From Chiloscyllium plagiosum (taxonomy: Eukaryota), in contig NC_057720.1 in the NCBI RefSeq assembly GCF_004010195.1, positions 2,756,343-2,820,342 of the forward strand: a stretch of 64,000 nucleotides of DNA. Reading direction: 5' to 3'. Position 1 is the first letter of the stretch. Each line of letters opens with the position of its first letter. This document shows, one piece after another, positions 62,864 through 64,000 of this stretch. A program made the position numbers and the translations under genes. The notes beneath the pieces were generated by a model. That model was not told the DNA's origin, did not search any database, and saw nothing but the letters and a program-made list of their open reading frames with translations.

Positions 62864-63073
62864 TAGTAGGCAGACGGAGAGAGAGAAAGAGAGAGAAGCA
62901 AGCACACAGAAAGCTGGAGAAACTCAGCAGGTCTGGCAGCATCTGTGGAGAGAGAAACAGAATGAAGATTTCGACTCTAGTGACCCTTCTTCAGAACCTG
63001 TTGTAAACTCTGCTGCCAGACCTACTGATTGTGTCCAGCAATTTCTGGTTTTGTTTTGGATCTCCAGCATCCA

Positions 63074-63254
63074 CAGTTGTCGGTTTTATTTGGATGGTCA
63101 GTTGTTGGTTCTATTTGGAGGGTCAGTTGTCGGTTTTATTTGGATGGTCAGTTGTTGGTTCTATTTGGATGGTCAGTTGTCAGTTTTATTTGGAGGGTCA
63201 GTTGTTGATTGTATTTGGTGGGTCAGTTGTTGGTTCTATTTGGTGGGTCAGTTG
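63074..63254. repeat. 25-bp tandem repeat (~7 units) at the end of a PLE fold-back element (62905-63090)
   Basis: Unit cagttgtcggttttatttggatggt. Confidence 0.9.
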
Positions 63255-64000
63255 AGCTGGTTCAAAGTGCTGCTGACACTGAGGGGATGGAGGTATCCCA
63301 CTCCAACACGCTGACACTTCTCACAAAGCATCATAGTCACAGAGAAACACAGAAAGCAGGAGCAGGTCATTTGGCTCTCATGCCTGCTGTCCCATTCATG
63401 AAGATCACAGCTGATCCTCTCTCTCAATGCTATATTCCTGTTTCCTCTCCAGGCCTCTTGATAAAATTTGGAAGTGTTCTCAATCTCTTTCTTGAATATA
63501 CTCAGTCTGTCAGCCTCCACACCTTCCTGTGAGTCTGTTGGCTGGTTGCCAATTTGACTCCCCCTTATGCCCCCACCCTAGAAATTCAATCAGTGCTGGT
63601 CATTGGAGTTCAGTCTGAGCTTGGAACACTAGAGTGATGCTCTCACAAGAGAATCAAGGAATCCTTTCCTCACAGGATGTGGGAAGTACTGGTCAGGACA
63701 GCATTTGATATTCATTTCTAATTGCCCTTGAACTGAATGGCTGTCTTGATCATTTTAGAATCACATGTAGGCCAGACTGGGTAAGGATGGAGGATTTCTT
63801 TCCCTAAAGGACATTACTGAACCAGATGGATCTTGGTGACAATCTAACCAATACTGAGATGAGTTTTACATTCTAGATTTGTTAAATGAATTTAAATTCC
63901 ATCAGCTATGGAGGTCATGATTTAAGCCCACAACATTGGCATGTTCCTTTGGGTTACTAGGCCTGTGACATTACCATTACTCCCCTATTTCCCCAACACA

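Noticed and set aside
63662..63720. Possible next collagen exon after ctttcctcacag
   Set aside because: No Gly-X-Y frame; it matches the minus-strand tail of the second SINE family.

Overview
Eukaryotic (cartilaginous fish, shark-like) genomic DNA, not prokaryotic. The only host gene I can support is a set of ten tiny phase-0 exons (7 x 54 bp, 3 x 45 bp; 513 nt, 57 uninterrupted Gly-X-Y triplets) on the + strand between 10264 and 58368. They encode part of the triple helix of a clade-C fibrillar collagen, best matching COL24A1 as I recall that protein. The gene runs off both ends of the window, and the ORF track misses it almost entirely. The introns are dense with nested transposable elements: many CR1-type LINE fragments (one long copy spanning the ORF1 end, endonuclease and RT; one with a 605-aa open RT frame), a second LINE family with an expanding 39-bp in-frame repeat, several tRNA-derived SINE families, two TA-flanked MITEs, a solo LTR and many Penelope-like element (PLE) ends. 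The most notable signals are: (i) at least three families of PLE termini carrying minimal hammerhead-ribozyme cores, occurring as ~93-bp TSD-flanked mini-insertions and as fold-back hairpins that turn at or near the ribozyme; (ii) a 33-bp SINE-derived minisatellite holding both a perfect 76-bp PLE hairpin and a partial copy of a collagen exon with its splice acceptor; (iii) a collagen exon whose acceptor is preceded by a ~670-bp TG/TA microsatellite instead of a pyrimidine tract. There are two assembly gaps (32387-32739, 48258-48548). Repeat boundaries were read by eye and are approximate; family names come from recalled consensus features, not from a database search.
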